Below, one piece after another: positions 16,393-24,018 of a stretch of 32,000 nt of DNA. Each line of letters begins with the position of its first letter. Within the stretch, counting starts at the first letter, position 1. Below the pieces are notes generated by a model, which worked only from the letters and a program-made list of their open reading frames with translations, was not told where the DNA came from and searched no databases. The DNA lies in contig NC_013202.1 in assembly GCF_000023965.1 (NCBI RefSeq), forward strand, positions 720,001-752,000, given 5' to 3'. This stretch comes from Halomicrobium mukohataei DSM 12286. GTDB lineage: Archaea; Halobacteriota; Halobacteria; Halobacteriales; Haloarculaceae. A program made the translations under genes and the position numbers.

Positions 16393-17745
16393 ATGTCGAC
16401 AGCTCGCCGGAGGCGCGCCACCGTGCTGGCTCTCGTCGTCGCTCTGCTTGCCGTCCCGATCGCGGGCGGACAGCTCGGCGGGCTGGCACAGGAACAGGTC
16501 GATCCAGACACCGTCGTGCTACAGGTCGAGTTGCAGGCCGACGGCGACGCGTCGTGGGCCGTCCACTACCGGACGCGGCTGGACGACGACAACACGACGG
16601 CCGCCTTCGAGAGCCTGCGAGACGACGTGAGCGACGACCCGACCGCGTACACGGCCGACTTCGGCGACCGCATGAACCGGACGATCGCGACCGCCGAGAA
16701 CGCGACCGGCCGAGAGATGGCGCTTCGGAACCTCACGGTAGCGACCGAGACCGAGGCGCTGCCCCAGGAGTACGGCGTGGTCACCTACCGGTTCGAGTGG
16801 ACGAACTTCGCGGCCGTCGAGGGCGACCAGCTCCGGGCGGGCGACGCGCTGTCGGGCCTGTATCTCGACGAGGAGAGCACGCTGCGGATCGACTGGCCCG
16901 CCGGCTACGAGCGCACGAGCGTCGATCCGTCGCCGACCCGCAGCGACGAGCAGACGGTCGCCTGGGACGGCCGCATCGACTTCGAGAGCGACGAGCCACG
17001 GCTCGTCGTGACCGAATCCGCCGCGGCCGGCGAGACGACGACCGGTGCTGGCGAGGCCGCAGGCGACGCCTGGCTGCTCGTGGCCGCGACGGTGCTCGCG
17101 GCCGGCGGCGTCGTCGCGCTGCTGTGGGCCAACCGCCGGTACGGTATCGCCGGTGGAGCAGCGAGCGACAGCGGGCGGGACGACGGATCGGAGGAGCCGG
17201 CCGAAAGCGGCGGCGAGAGCGCTGGTGAAGCGTCCGACGAGGACGCGGGCGGTGACCCGTCGCCGCCGCCGGAACTGCTGAGCAACGAGGAGCGCGTGCT
17301 CCAGTTGCTCGACGACAGCGGTGGCCGGCTGAAACAACAGGCCATCGCCGAGCGACTCGACTGGACCGCCGCAAAGACCAGTCAGGTGATCGGCGACCTG
17401 CGCGAGGAAGACGAACTGGAGACGTTCCGAATCGGCCGGGAAAACGTCGTCACGCTCCCCGGCGTCGACCTCGCGAGTGACGTGGGCGAGGGCGAGGGCG
17501 AGGGTGAGGGCGAGGGCGAGGGCGAGGGCGAGGGCGAGGGCGAGGGCGAGGGCGAGGGCGAGGGCGAGGGCGAGGGCGAGGGCGAGGGCGAGGGCGAGGG
17601 CGAGGGCGAGGGCGAGGGCGAGGGCGAGGGCGAGGGCGAGGGCGAGGGCGAGGGCGAGGGCGAGGGCGAGGGCGAGGGCGAGGGCGAGGGCGAGGGCGAG
17701 GGCGAGGGCGAGGGCGAGGGCGAGGGCGAGGGCGACGAGCCGTAG
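16393..17745 (+). CDS. membrane-tethered winged-helix transcription regulator with an extracytoplasmic domain and a (Gly-Glu)41 tail (450 aa)
   Basis: An N-terminal RRRR plus hydrophobic segment ([18 protein letters not shown]) precedes an ectodomain of about 230 aa. A second TM ([21 protein letters not shown]) is followed by NRRY and an acidic linker. The wHTH reads [61 protein letters not shown]. The protein ends in (GE)41-GDEP. Confidence 0.8.
   Translation: MSTARRRRATVLALVVALLAVPIAGGQLGGLAQEQVDPDTVVLQVELQADGDASWAVHYRTRLDDDNTTAAFESLRDDVSDDPTAYTADFGDRMNRTIATAENATGREMALRNLTVATETEALPQEYGVVTYRFEWTNFAAVEGDQLRAGDALSGLYLDEESTLRIDWPAGYERTSVDPSPTRSDEQTVAWDGRIDFESDEPRLVVTESAAAGETTTGAGEAAGDAWLLVAATVLAAGGVVALLWANRRYGIAGGAASDSGRDDGSEEPAESGGESAGEASDEDAGGDPSPPPELLSNEERVLQLLDDSGGRLKQQAIAERLDWTAAKTSQVIGDLREEDELETFRIGRENVVTLPGVDLASDVGEGEGEGEGEGEGEGEGEGEGEGEGEGEGEGEGEGEGEGEGEGEGEGEGEGEGEGEGEGEGEGEGEGEGEGEGEGEGEGEGEGDEP
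17485..17730 (+). repeat. (GGCGAG)41 hexanucleotide microsatellite, in frame, encoding (Gly-Glu)41
   Basis: 41 consecutive 6-nt units counted from the sequence. The only deviation is GGTGAG in unit 4 (T at 17505, synonymous). GGC GAC GAG CCG TAG follows. Confidence 0.97.
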
Positions 17746-17877
17746 AACTCCCATATAAACCCATCGACGTTTCGAGCGGGAGAGACGGACGATCAAGCGA
17801 TAGGCCGTCGCAGTCGTGCGGTTTCGATCGCGGTTAATTCGGCTTGATCGTCGGCAATTCGGGATTACGGCCGCCCC

Positions 17878-17884
17878 TTTATAT
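17878..17884 (+). promoter_or_regulatory. TATA-box candidate for the 17914-19500 gene pair
   Basis: TTTATAT is centred 33 nt upstream of ATG 17914. Confidence 0.4.
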
Positions 17885-17913
17885 GCGGTTGCCGACACAA
17901 GGACGGCGTACAG

Positions 17914-18792
17914 ATGCGAGACACCACCACCGTACTGGTCGCAGTCGCACTGGTCGTCGGGAGCCTCGCGGCCGTCCCGATGGCCGGAGTGGCCGCCCAG
18001 ACGACGGAGACAGCGACCGACACGAACAGTCCGACGGCGACCGCGACCGACACCAACGCGACCGCCGCCAACGCGACCGCACCCGGCGAGCAGCTCGCTG
18101 GCGTCGTGAGCGTACAGGGTGCCGAGATCGACGGCGAAGTGGAGACGCGTGCGTACGGCATCCGCGTCGCTCAGTCAGAGAGCAACGACTCGAAGGCCGC
18201 CGTCGTCGGCCAGCAGATGGCCGATATCGAACAGCGACTCGACGACCTCGAACAGCGCCGAGAGACGCTGACGGCGGCGCGTGAGAACGGCTCGATGAGC
18301 GAAGGGCAGTACCGCGCCCGGATGGCGCGACTGGCCGCCGAGACCCGCACGGCCGAGCGGCTCGCGAACCAGAGCAACGAGACGGCACAGACACTCCCCG
18401 CAGAGACCCTCGAAGCCAACGGCGTCAATGCGACGGCGATCCGGACGCTGAGCGATCGGGCCAACGAGCTACGGGGGCCGGAAGTGGCCGCGATCGCCCG
18501 CTCGATCGGCGGCGCGGGGACCGGTAACGGCTTCGGTCCGGCGGCGGCCGGTGAGCGCGGTGCCGAGGCTGGCAACAGAACCGCTGGACAGGACCGCGGT
18601 AGCGACGCCCGAGACGGCGGCAACGAAACGGACGCATCGAACGAACGGCCCACCGCAGACGGTGACGGGGCGACCGGGAGCCAGCCCGAAGACGACGACC
18701 AGCAGTCGACTGACACCGAGACCGACGACAGCGCGTCCGAGGCCGAGGATCAGCGGGGCGGTGGCAACGCGAGCGAGGGGCAGGGTCGATAG
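17914..18792 (+). CDS. secreted protein with a Thr/Asn-rich N-terminal region, a coiled-coil-like core and an acidic tail (292 aa)
   Basis: Signal peptide MRDTTTVLVAVALVVGSLAAVPMAGVAAQ. Next come TETATDTNSPTATATDTNATAANATAP and a helical Arg/Glu/Ala/Leu-rich region (IEQRLDDLEQRRETLTAARENGSMSEGQYRARMARLAAETRTAERLANQ). The C-terminus is Asp/Glu/Gly-rich. Its TAG is immediately followed by the next gene's ATG. Confidence 0.7.
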   Translation: MRDTTTVLVAVALVVGSLAAVPMAGVAAQTTETATDTNSPTATATDTNATAANATAPGEQLAGVVSVQGAEIDGEVETRAYGIRVAQSESNDSKAAVVGQQMADIEQRLDDLEQRRETLTAARENGSMSEGQYRARMARLAAETRTAERLANQSNETAQTLPAETLEANGVNATAIRTLSDRANELRGPEVAAIARSIGGAGTGNGFGPAAAGERGAEAGNRTAGQDRGSDARDGGNETDASNERPTADGDGATGSQPEDDDQQSTDTETDDSASEAEDQRGGGNASEGQGR

Positions 18793-19500
18793 ATGAGAGC
18801 GAGAGCGGCCCTCGCGACGTTGAGCGTGATCGCGCTGGTCCTTGTAGGGAGCGCCGGACCCGCGGCAGCGTCCCACCAGCCGAGCTTCGTCGTCGACCTG
18901 GACGCGAGCGGCGACGCGACGGTGACGATTACGTACACGTACGACCTCGGAGACGACGCCGAACAGGCGGCTTTCGCGGAGCTACGGCGCAACGAGACGG
19001 CGACCGCCGCGTTCGAAGAACGGGTTCACGATCGGTTCGAAGCGGTGGCGAACGCCAGCGAAAACCGGACCGGACGCCGGATGGCGATCGAATCGGCGGC
19101 GGTCGAACTCACCCGAGAGGACGGGACCGGGGTCGTCGAGGTCTCGGTCCAGTGGAGCGGGCTGGCAGCGACGACCGAGAACGGACTGGTCCTCGACGAG
19201 CCGTTCGCCAGTGGTTTCGAGCCCGACCGTGCGTTCGTCGTCGTCCTCCCCGACGGCTACGAGGCGACGACGAGCACGCCCTCGCCCGCAGAGAGCGACG
19301 ACGGGCGACTGGAGTGGGCCGACGGGACGACGCTCGACGACTTCGAGGTCGTCGCGACGGAGACTCCCGCCGACGCCGGTGGGACCGCTGACAGCGACGC
19401 GACGACGGGGGCTGACGGCCCCGGCGTCGGCGTCGTGGGGACGGTCGCGGCACTGGTGGCCGCTGGCGCGCTCGCCGTGCGACGACGCCCGAGAGCGTGA
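18793..19500 (+). CDS. surface protein with a PGF-CTERM-like anchor (PGV variant), paralogous to the ectodomain of the 16393 regulator (235 aa)
   Basis: Signal peptide MRARAALATLSVIALVLVGSAGPAAAS. The C-terminus GPGVGVVGTVAALVAAGALAVRRRPRA has the PGF-CTERM architecture (Pro-Gly-hydrophobic, TM, basic tail). The body aligns with 16393-gene residues ([28 protein letters not shown]; [20 protein letters not shown]; [28 protein letters not shown]). Confidence 0.75.
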   Translation: MRARAALATLSVIALVLVGSAGPAAASHQPSFVVDLDASGDATVTITYTYDLGDDAEQAAFAELRRNETATAAFEERVHDRFEAVANASENRTGRRMAIESAAVELTREDGTGVVEVSVQWSGLAATTENGLVLDEPFASGFEPDRAFVVVLPDGYEATTSTPSPAESDDGRLEWADGTTLDDFEVVATETPADAGGTADSDATTGADGPGVGVVGTVAALVAAGALAVRRRPRA

Positions 19501-19850
19501 GAGGGTCACACACCGATCTCGACTCGGAACCTATTTATATCGAACCTCGGATAGTGGCGAGTACATGAGTCAGACTGCGACCGCTGGCGGACGCGAAGTC
19601 CTCAGCGGCGAGTCTGGCGCTCTTCTTCGACAGCGGCGACGACGACGGGGCCGTTTCTAGGCCCACAATACTTACACTCCCGATTTCCGGTTCGTTCGAC
19701 TCCAAATCACCGACCACCGTCTGTTGGTCGCGTCGTCGCGGCTGTCGTCACCCCGCCTGTGCTCACACGCCTCGTGTGATCGATCCTGCGGACGATGACG
19801 ACGGGTGCGGGCGGCGAAAATCACGGACACGCCACCCAAACACGAAACCC

Positions 19851-21125
19851 ATGACACCAGAAACCGCATCCGGAACCGTCGCACTCGCCTTCTCGGGCGG
19901 GCTCGACACGACAGTCTGCGTATCGCTGCTGAAAGAGGAGTACGGCTACGACGAGGTCGTCGGCGTCACCGTCGACGTGGGCCAGCCCGACTACGAGTTC
20001 GAGGAGGCCGAAGAGACCGCCGAGGCGCTCGGCGTCGAGCAGTACGTCGTCGACGCGAAGGAGGACTTCGCGGACCTCTGTCTGAAGGCCGTCAAGGCCA
20101 ACGCCGACTACCAGGGCTACCCGCTCGGGACTGCGCTCGCGCGCCCGGTCATCGCCAAAGCCATCCTCGAAGTCGCCGAGCAAGAGGGCTGTTCGGCCGT
20201 CGCTCACGGCTGTACGGGGAAGGGCAACGACCAGCTGCGCTTCGAGTCCGTCTGGCGCGACTCCGAGCTGGACGTGATCGCGCCCGTCCGCGAACTCGGG
20301 CTGACCCGCGAGTGGGAGAACGAGTACGCCCAGGAGAAGGGGCTGCCGGTCGAGGGCGGCGACGGCGGTCGCTACTCCATCGACACGAACCTCTGGAGCC
20401 GCTCGATCGAGGGCTCCGAGCTCGAAGACCCCAGCACGATCCCGGAGGACGACATCTACAAGTGGACCGAGAACCCCTCGGGCAAGGAGGCCGAACTGGT
20501 CGAGATCACGTTCGAGCAGGGCGAGGCCGTCGCCGTCGACGGCGACGATCTCGGCAAGGTCGAGCTGATCGAACAGCTCAATTCCCAGGCCGGTGCCCAC
20601 GGGATCGGTCGCACCGACATGATGGAAGACCGCATGCTCGGTCTGAAGGTCCGCGAGAACTACGAGCACCCCGCCGCGACGGTGTTGCTGACCGCCCACG
20701 AGGCCCTCGAAGGGCTGGTCCTCACTCAGGAAGAGCGTGCGTTCAAGGCCCAGGTCGACCAGGAGTGGTCCCAGAAGGCCTACGAGGGGCTCGTCGACGC
20801 CCCGCTCGTGAGTGCGCTCGAAGCGTTCGTCGACGACACGAACGAACGCGTCACCGGCACCGTCACGGTCAAGCTGGAAGGCGGCCACTGTCGCCCGGTC
20901 TCGCGCGAATCGGAGTACGCCGTCTACAGCGAGTCCGCAGCGTCGTTCGACGAGGAGGACGTGACCGGCGGCATCACCCAGCAGGACGCGACCGGCGTCG
21001 CCAAGTACCACGGCTTCCAGTCGCGTCTGGCGAACAGGATTCTCGAAGACGCGAAGAAGGGCGAAGCCGTCGCCGACGGTGGCAGTGAAGCCACAGACAG
21101 CGCGAACGGCGAGAGCGAGGACTAG
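19851..21125 (+). CDS. argG: argininosuccinate synthase
   Basis: 424 aa from ATG 19851: MTPETASGTVALAFSGGLDTTVCVSLLKE (ATP-pyrophosphatase SGGLDT motif), AHGCTGKGNDQLRFE, GRTDMMEDRMLGLKVRENYE. Confidence 0.93.
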   Translation: MTPETASGTVALAFSGGLDTTVCVSLLKEEYGYDEVVGVTVDVGQPDYEFEEAEETAEALGVEQYVVDAKEDFADLCLKAVKANADYQGYPLGTALARPVIAKAILEVAEQEGCSAVAHGCTGKGNDQLRFESVWRDSELDVIAPVRELGLTREWENEYAQEKGLPVEGGDGGRYSIDTNLWSRSIEGSELEDPSTIPEDDIYKWTENPSGKEAELVEITFEQGEAVAVDGDDLGKVELIEQLNSQAGAHGIGRTDMMEDRMLGLKVRENYEHPAATVLLTAHEALEGLVLTQEERAFKAQVDQEWSQKAYEGLVDAPLVSALEAFVDDTNERVTGTVTVKLEGGHCRPVSRESEYAVYSESAASFDEEDVTGGITQQDATGVAKYHGFQSRLANRILEDAKKGEAVADGGSEATDSANGESED

Positions 21126-21128
21126 ACG

Positions 21129-22622
21129 ATGAGCGACGGAGAGCACGACGACGGCGCGGGCGAGGCGACCGACGAGAGCGTCGTCCGCCGGGACCGCTTC
21201 TCGGGCGGCCCCGCCCGCTCGTTCCTCTCCTCGCTCGACGACGACGAGCGCATCTTCGCGGCGGATCTGGCGGTCGACCGCGCCCACGTCGTGATGCTCG
21301 CAGAACAGGACATCGTCGACCGCGAGACGGCCGGCGAGATCCTGTCGGCACTCGCAGACGTGGAGGCGGCCGGACACGGAGCGCTCCACGAGGGCGAAGA
21401 CGTCCACGAAGCCATCGAGTCGGCGGTCATCGACCGCGTGGGAGCCGAGGGCGGGAAGATGCACACGGCTCGCTCGCGCAACGACGAGGTGGCGACCTGT
21501 ATCCGCTATCGCTTGCGCGAGGACCTGCTCGCGCTGATCGAGACGGTCGTCGAGGCCCGCGAGCAGTTGCTCGCCGTGGCCCGCGAGCACACCGAGACGG
21601 TGATGCCCGGCTACACCCATCTCCAGCCGGCACAGCCGACGACGGTCGCCCACTGGATCGCCTCCTACGAGCAGGCCCTGCAACGGGACACCGCACGCCT
21701 GCTGGACGCCTACGATCGGGTCAACCAGAACCCGCTCGGGGCGGCCGCGTTCGCCGGGACGCCGTTCGACGTGGACCGCGAGCGCACCGCGACGCTGCTG
21801 GGCTTCGACTCGGTGCTCGAAAACTCGATGGACGCCTCTGCGACGCGCGATTTCCTCGTCGAGACGACGGGCGCGGTCGCGACGCTCGCGACGACGCTGT
21901 CGGGGCTGGCCGAGGACGTGATCGTCATGGCGAGCAAGGGCCACGTCGAGCTGGCCGACGACTACTCGTCGACCTCCTCGATCATGCCCCAGAAGAAGAA
22001 TCCAGACACGCTGGAGCTCGTGCGCGGTCGCACCGGCGACGCGACCGCCGGGCTGAACGGCCTGTTGACGAACCTGAAGGGCCAGCCCCGCGCGTACAAC
22101 CGCGACCTCCAGCGAGCGGGTCGCCACGCCTGGGACGCGATCGACAGCGTCACCGAGAGCGTCGCCGTCGCGACCGGCGCGGTCGCGACAGCCGACTGGC
22201 CCGCCGAGACGCTGGCGGCCGCGGCCGGCGACGGCTTCTCGACGGCGACCGGCGTCGCGGACCTGCTGGCGATGGCGGGCCTGCCCTTCCGGACGGCCCA
22301 CGAGCTGGTGGCCGAGGCGGCGGGCGACATCGAGGGCGGCGACGCGCCCGACTACGAGACGATCGACGCGGTCGCCCGGGACCGGCTCGGCGAGTCACTG
22401 TCGGCCTACGTCGACCGCGAGGACGTAGAGGCGACACTGGAGCCGGCCGAGAGCGTCGCGATGCGTGACTCCGCCGGAGGCCCTGCACCCGAAGCCGTCG
22501 ATGCCCAGCTGTCGGCGGCCGAGGAGACACTGGCGGCGGACCGGAACGCGCTCACGACACGTCGAGAGCGTGTCGAATCGGCCGACGAACGGCTGGACGC
22601 GGAGGTCGATCGCTATGTCTGA
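21129..22622 (+). CDS. argH: argininosuccinate lyase
   Basis: 497 aa. SFLSSLDDDERIF..DLAVDRAHVVMLAEQ, HTARSRNDEVATCIR, PGYTHLQPAQPTT and the signature region SSIMPQKKNPDTLELVRG. It starts 3 nt after the argG stop. Confidence 0.93.
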   Translation: MSDGEHDDGAGEATDESVVRRDRFSGGPARSFLSSLDDDERIFAADLAVDRAHVVMLAEQDIVDRETAGEILSALADVEAAGHGALHEGEDVHEAIESAVIDRVGAEGGKMHTARSRNDEVATCIRYRLREDLLALIETVVEAREQLLAVAREHTETVMPGYTHLQPAQPTTVAHWIASYEQALQRDTARLLDAYDRVNQNPLGAAAFAGTPFDVDRERTATLLGFDSVLENSMDASATRDFLVETTGAVATLATTLSGLAEDVIVMASKGHVELADDYSSTSSIMPQKKNPDTLELVRGRTGDATAGLNGLLTNLKGQPRAYNRDLQRAGRHAWDAIDSVTESVAVATGAVATADWPAETLAAAAGDGFSTATGVADLLAMAGLPFRTAHELVAEAAGDIEGGDAPDYETIDAVARDRLGESLSAYVDREDVEATLEPAESVAMRDSAGGPAPEAVDAQLSAAEETLAADRNALTTRRERVESADERLDAEVDRYV

Positions 22623-22780
22623 GGCCGCCGGCCGTCGCTGTCGGACCGGCGTCGTCACCGCGGCGCGGCGACGCGGGTCGCGGACGGGGAGCCCGGAGCG
22701 TGATCGGCGGCTGATCGACCGACGATCCCCGCGAGGGGAAATACTACCATAAAACTGATACAGATATCAGGACAGTCCCG

Positions 22781-22794
22781 TTTTTTCGGATTTT
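22781..22794 (+). terminator. oligo-T termination signal candidate downstream of argH
   Basis: TTTTTTCGGATTTT (T6 plus T4) follows a small palindrome, CTGATAcagaTATCAG (22755-22770). Archaeal RNA polymerase terminates at oligo-T tracts. It lies about 160 nt after the argH stop and before the lysW promoter region. Confidence 0.4.
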
Positions 22795-22847
22795 CGCGCC
22801 CTTAGAGTCGAGTATAGATACCTAATTAATTCTGATAGGTTCGAAGA

Positions 22848-22854
22848 GTTTAAG
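22848..22854 (+). promoter_or_regulatory. TATA-box candidate for the lysW-argF operon
   Basis: GTTTAAG is centred about 31 nt upstream of the lysW ATG (22882), at the end of an AT-rich stretch (22745-22860). Confidence 0.4.
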
Positions 22855-22881
22855 TGCAATGGGGCGCGAGTGAGTGATACA

Positions 22882-23046
22882 ATGGCAGAATGCGTCGAAT
22901 GCGGGGCGGAAGTCTCGCTGCACGACAACCTCGAAGCCGGAGAGATCGTCGACTGTGCGACCTGTGGTGCCGAGCTCGAAGTGCTCTCGGCCGATCCCGT
23001 CGAGCTCGACTCGGCCCCCGAGCTCGAAGAAGACTGGGGCGAGTAA
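22882..23046 (+). CDS. lysW: LysW/ArgW amino-group carrier protein (54 aa); absent from the supplied ORF track
   Basis: MAECVECGAEVSLHDNLEAGEIVDCATCGAELEVLSADPVELDSAPELEEDWGE. It has two CxxC pairs (zinc ribbon) and the acidic C-terminal EDWGE tail characteristic of LysW. AGTGAT (partial SD) lies upstream. It sits directly 5' of the RimK-type ligase gene. Confidence 0.9.
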   Translation: MAECVECGAEVSLHDNLEAGEIVDCATCGAELEVLSADPVELDSAPELEEDWGE

Positions 23047-23079
23047 CGACGGCGGGCGGCCGAGCGCGGTGATACAACA

Positions 23080-24018
23080 ATGAATGTAGGAATACTCTAC
23101 TCGCGGATTCGTCGGGACGAGAAGCTCCTGCTGGAGGAGCTGCGCGATCGAGACCACGAGGTCACGAAGATCGACGTCCGGAAACAGCGGTTCAACATGA
23201 GCGAGCCGCCGGCCGCCTTCGACGGCGTCGACATCGTCGTCGATCGGTGTCTGGCGACGAGTCGGTCGGTGTACGCCACCAAGTTCGTCGAAGCCTACGA
23301 CGTGCCGGTGGTCAACACGCCGGGGACCGCGGAGATCTGTTCGGACAAGGTCAAGAACAGCCTCGCCCTGGTCGACGCCGACGTGCCGACGCCGAACACG
23401 GACGTGGCCTTCACCAAGGACGCCGCGATGGAGTCTATCGAGGAGTTTGGCTACCCCTGTGTCCTCAAGCCCGTCGTGGGCTCGTGGGGTCGCCTGATGG
23501 CCAAGATCGATTCGCGCTCGGCCGCCGAAGCCATCCTCGAACACAAAGAGACCCTGGGCCACTACGAACACAAGGTGTTCTACGTCCAGGAGTTCGTCGA
23601 CAAGCCCGGTCGAGACATCCGCGTGCTGGCGACCGACGGCGAGCCAGTCGCCGCGATGGTCCGATCCTCGGACCACTGGCTGACCAACGCCGCCAAGGGT
23701 GCCGAGACCGACACCTTCGAGCTCGACGACCGCGCGCTGGAGCTCGTCGAGCAGGCCAGCGACGCGGTCGGCGGCGGTCTGCTCGGCATCGACCTGATGG
23801 AAACCGGCGTCGACGAGGACAGCGAGGCGGGAACCGCCTCGGACAGCGCGAGCGGCGGCAAGCCGCGAGTGGGCGACCCCGAGGACTACACGGTCCACGA
23901 GGTCAACCACACCGTCGAGTTCAAGGCGCTCGACGAAGTGAGCGACGTGGACGTGCCCGCCGAAGTCGTCGACTGGCTCGAAACGAAAGCCGAACAGGAA
24001 GCCGGGGTGACCGCCTGA
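23080..24018 (+). CDS. argX: RimK/ATP-grasp ligase of the LysX/ArgX type (attaches the substrate to the LysW C-terminus)
   Basis: 312 aa. MNVGILYSRIRRDEKLLLEEL..., ATP-grasp core (GYPCVLKPVVGSWGRLMAKI, VFYVQEFVDKPGRDIRV, GLLGIDLME, HEVNHTVEF). A GGTGAT SD lies 7 nt upstream. The ArgX role is inferred from the arg-gene context. Confidence 0.85.
   Translation: MNVGILYSRIRRDEKLLLEELRDRDHEVTKIDVRKQRFNMSEPPAAFDGVDIVVDRCLATSRSVYATKFVEAYDVPVVNTPGTAEICSDKVKNSLALVDADVPTPNTDVAFTKDAAMESIEEFGYPCVLKPVVGSWGRLMAKIDSRSAAEAILEHKETLGHYEHKVFYVQEFVDKPGRDIRVLATDGEPVAAMVRSSDHWLTNAAKGAETDTFELDDRALELVEQASDAVGGGLLGIDLMETGVDEDSEAGTASDSASGGKPRVGDPEDYTVHEVNHTVEFKALDEVSDVDVPAEVVDWLETKAEQEAGVTA

Noticed and set aside
17485-17730. 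Possibility that the tandem repeat is a CRISPR array
   Set aside because: The period is 6 nt with no spacers. It lies in frame inside a CDS, and no cas genes are present in the window.
16519-17898. ORFs containing (Ala-Leu)n, (Pro-Arg)n and (Ala-Arg)n tracts (16519..17898 -, 17450..17764 -, 17477..17758 +)
   Set aside because: These are the other reading frames of the (GGCGAG)41 microsatellite. Only the + frame continuous with the wHTH domain has a coherent protein upstream of the repeat.
19535-19717. 60-aa minus-strand ORF (GTG start) in the gap upstream of argG
   Set aside because: Part of it (19577-19654) has a coding-like G/C third-position bias. However, it has no ATG, no recognisable promoter or SD and no family resemblance, and an in-frame stop lies just upstream. 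It is left uncalled as either a gene remnant or chance; it is also the main reason the plus-strand Arg-rich mini-ORF is doubtful.
19821-22301. 826-aa ORF on the minus strand, the longest non-annotated ORF in the track
   Set aside because: It lies entirely antisense to argG and argH, which have clear family motifs. Its translation is Arg/Gly/Val/Asp-rich low-information sequence, typical of shadow ORFs in GC-rich DNA where stop codons are rare.
22623-22881. Search for a tRNA, small RNA or small ORF in the argH-lysW intergenic region (including a 31-codon minus-strand ORF starting at about 22748)
   Set aside because: I could not fold a cloverleaf or find conserved tRNA boxes. The short ORF has no convincing promoter or motif. 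The region is better explained as the argH 3' UTR and terminator plus the lysW promoter.
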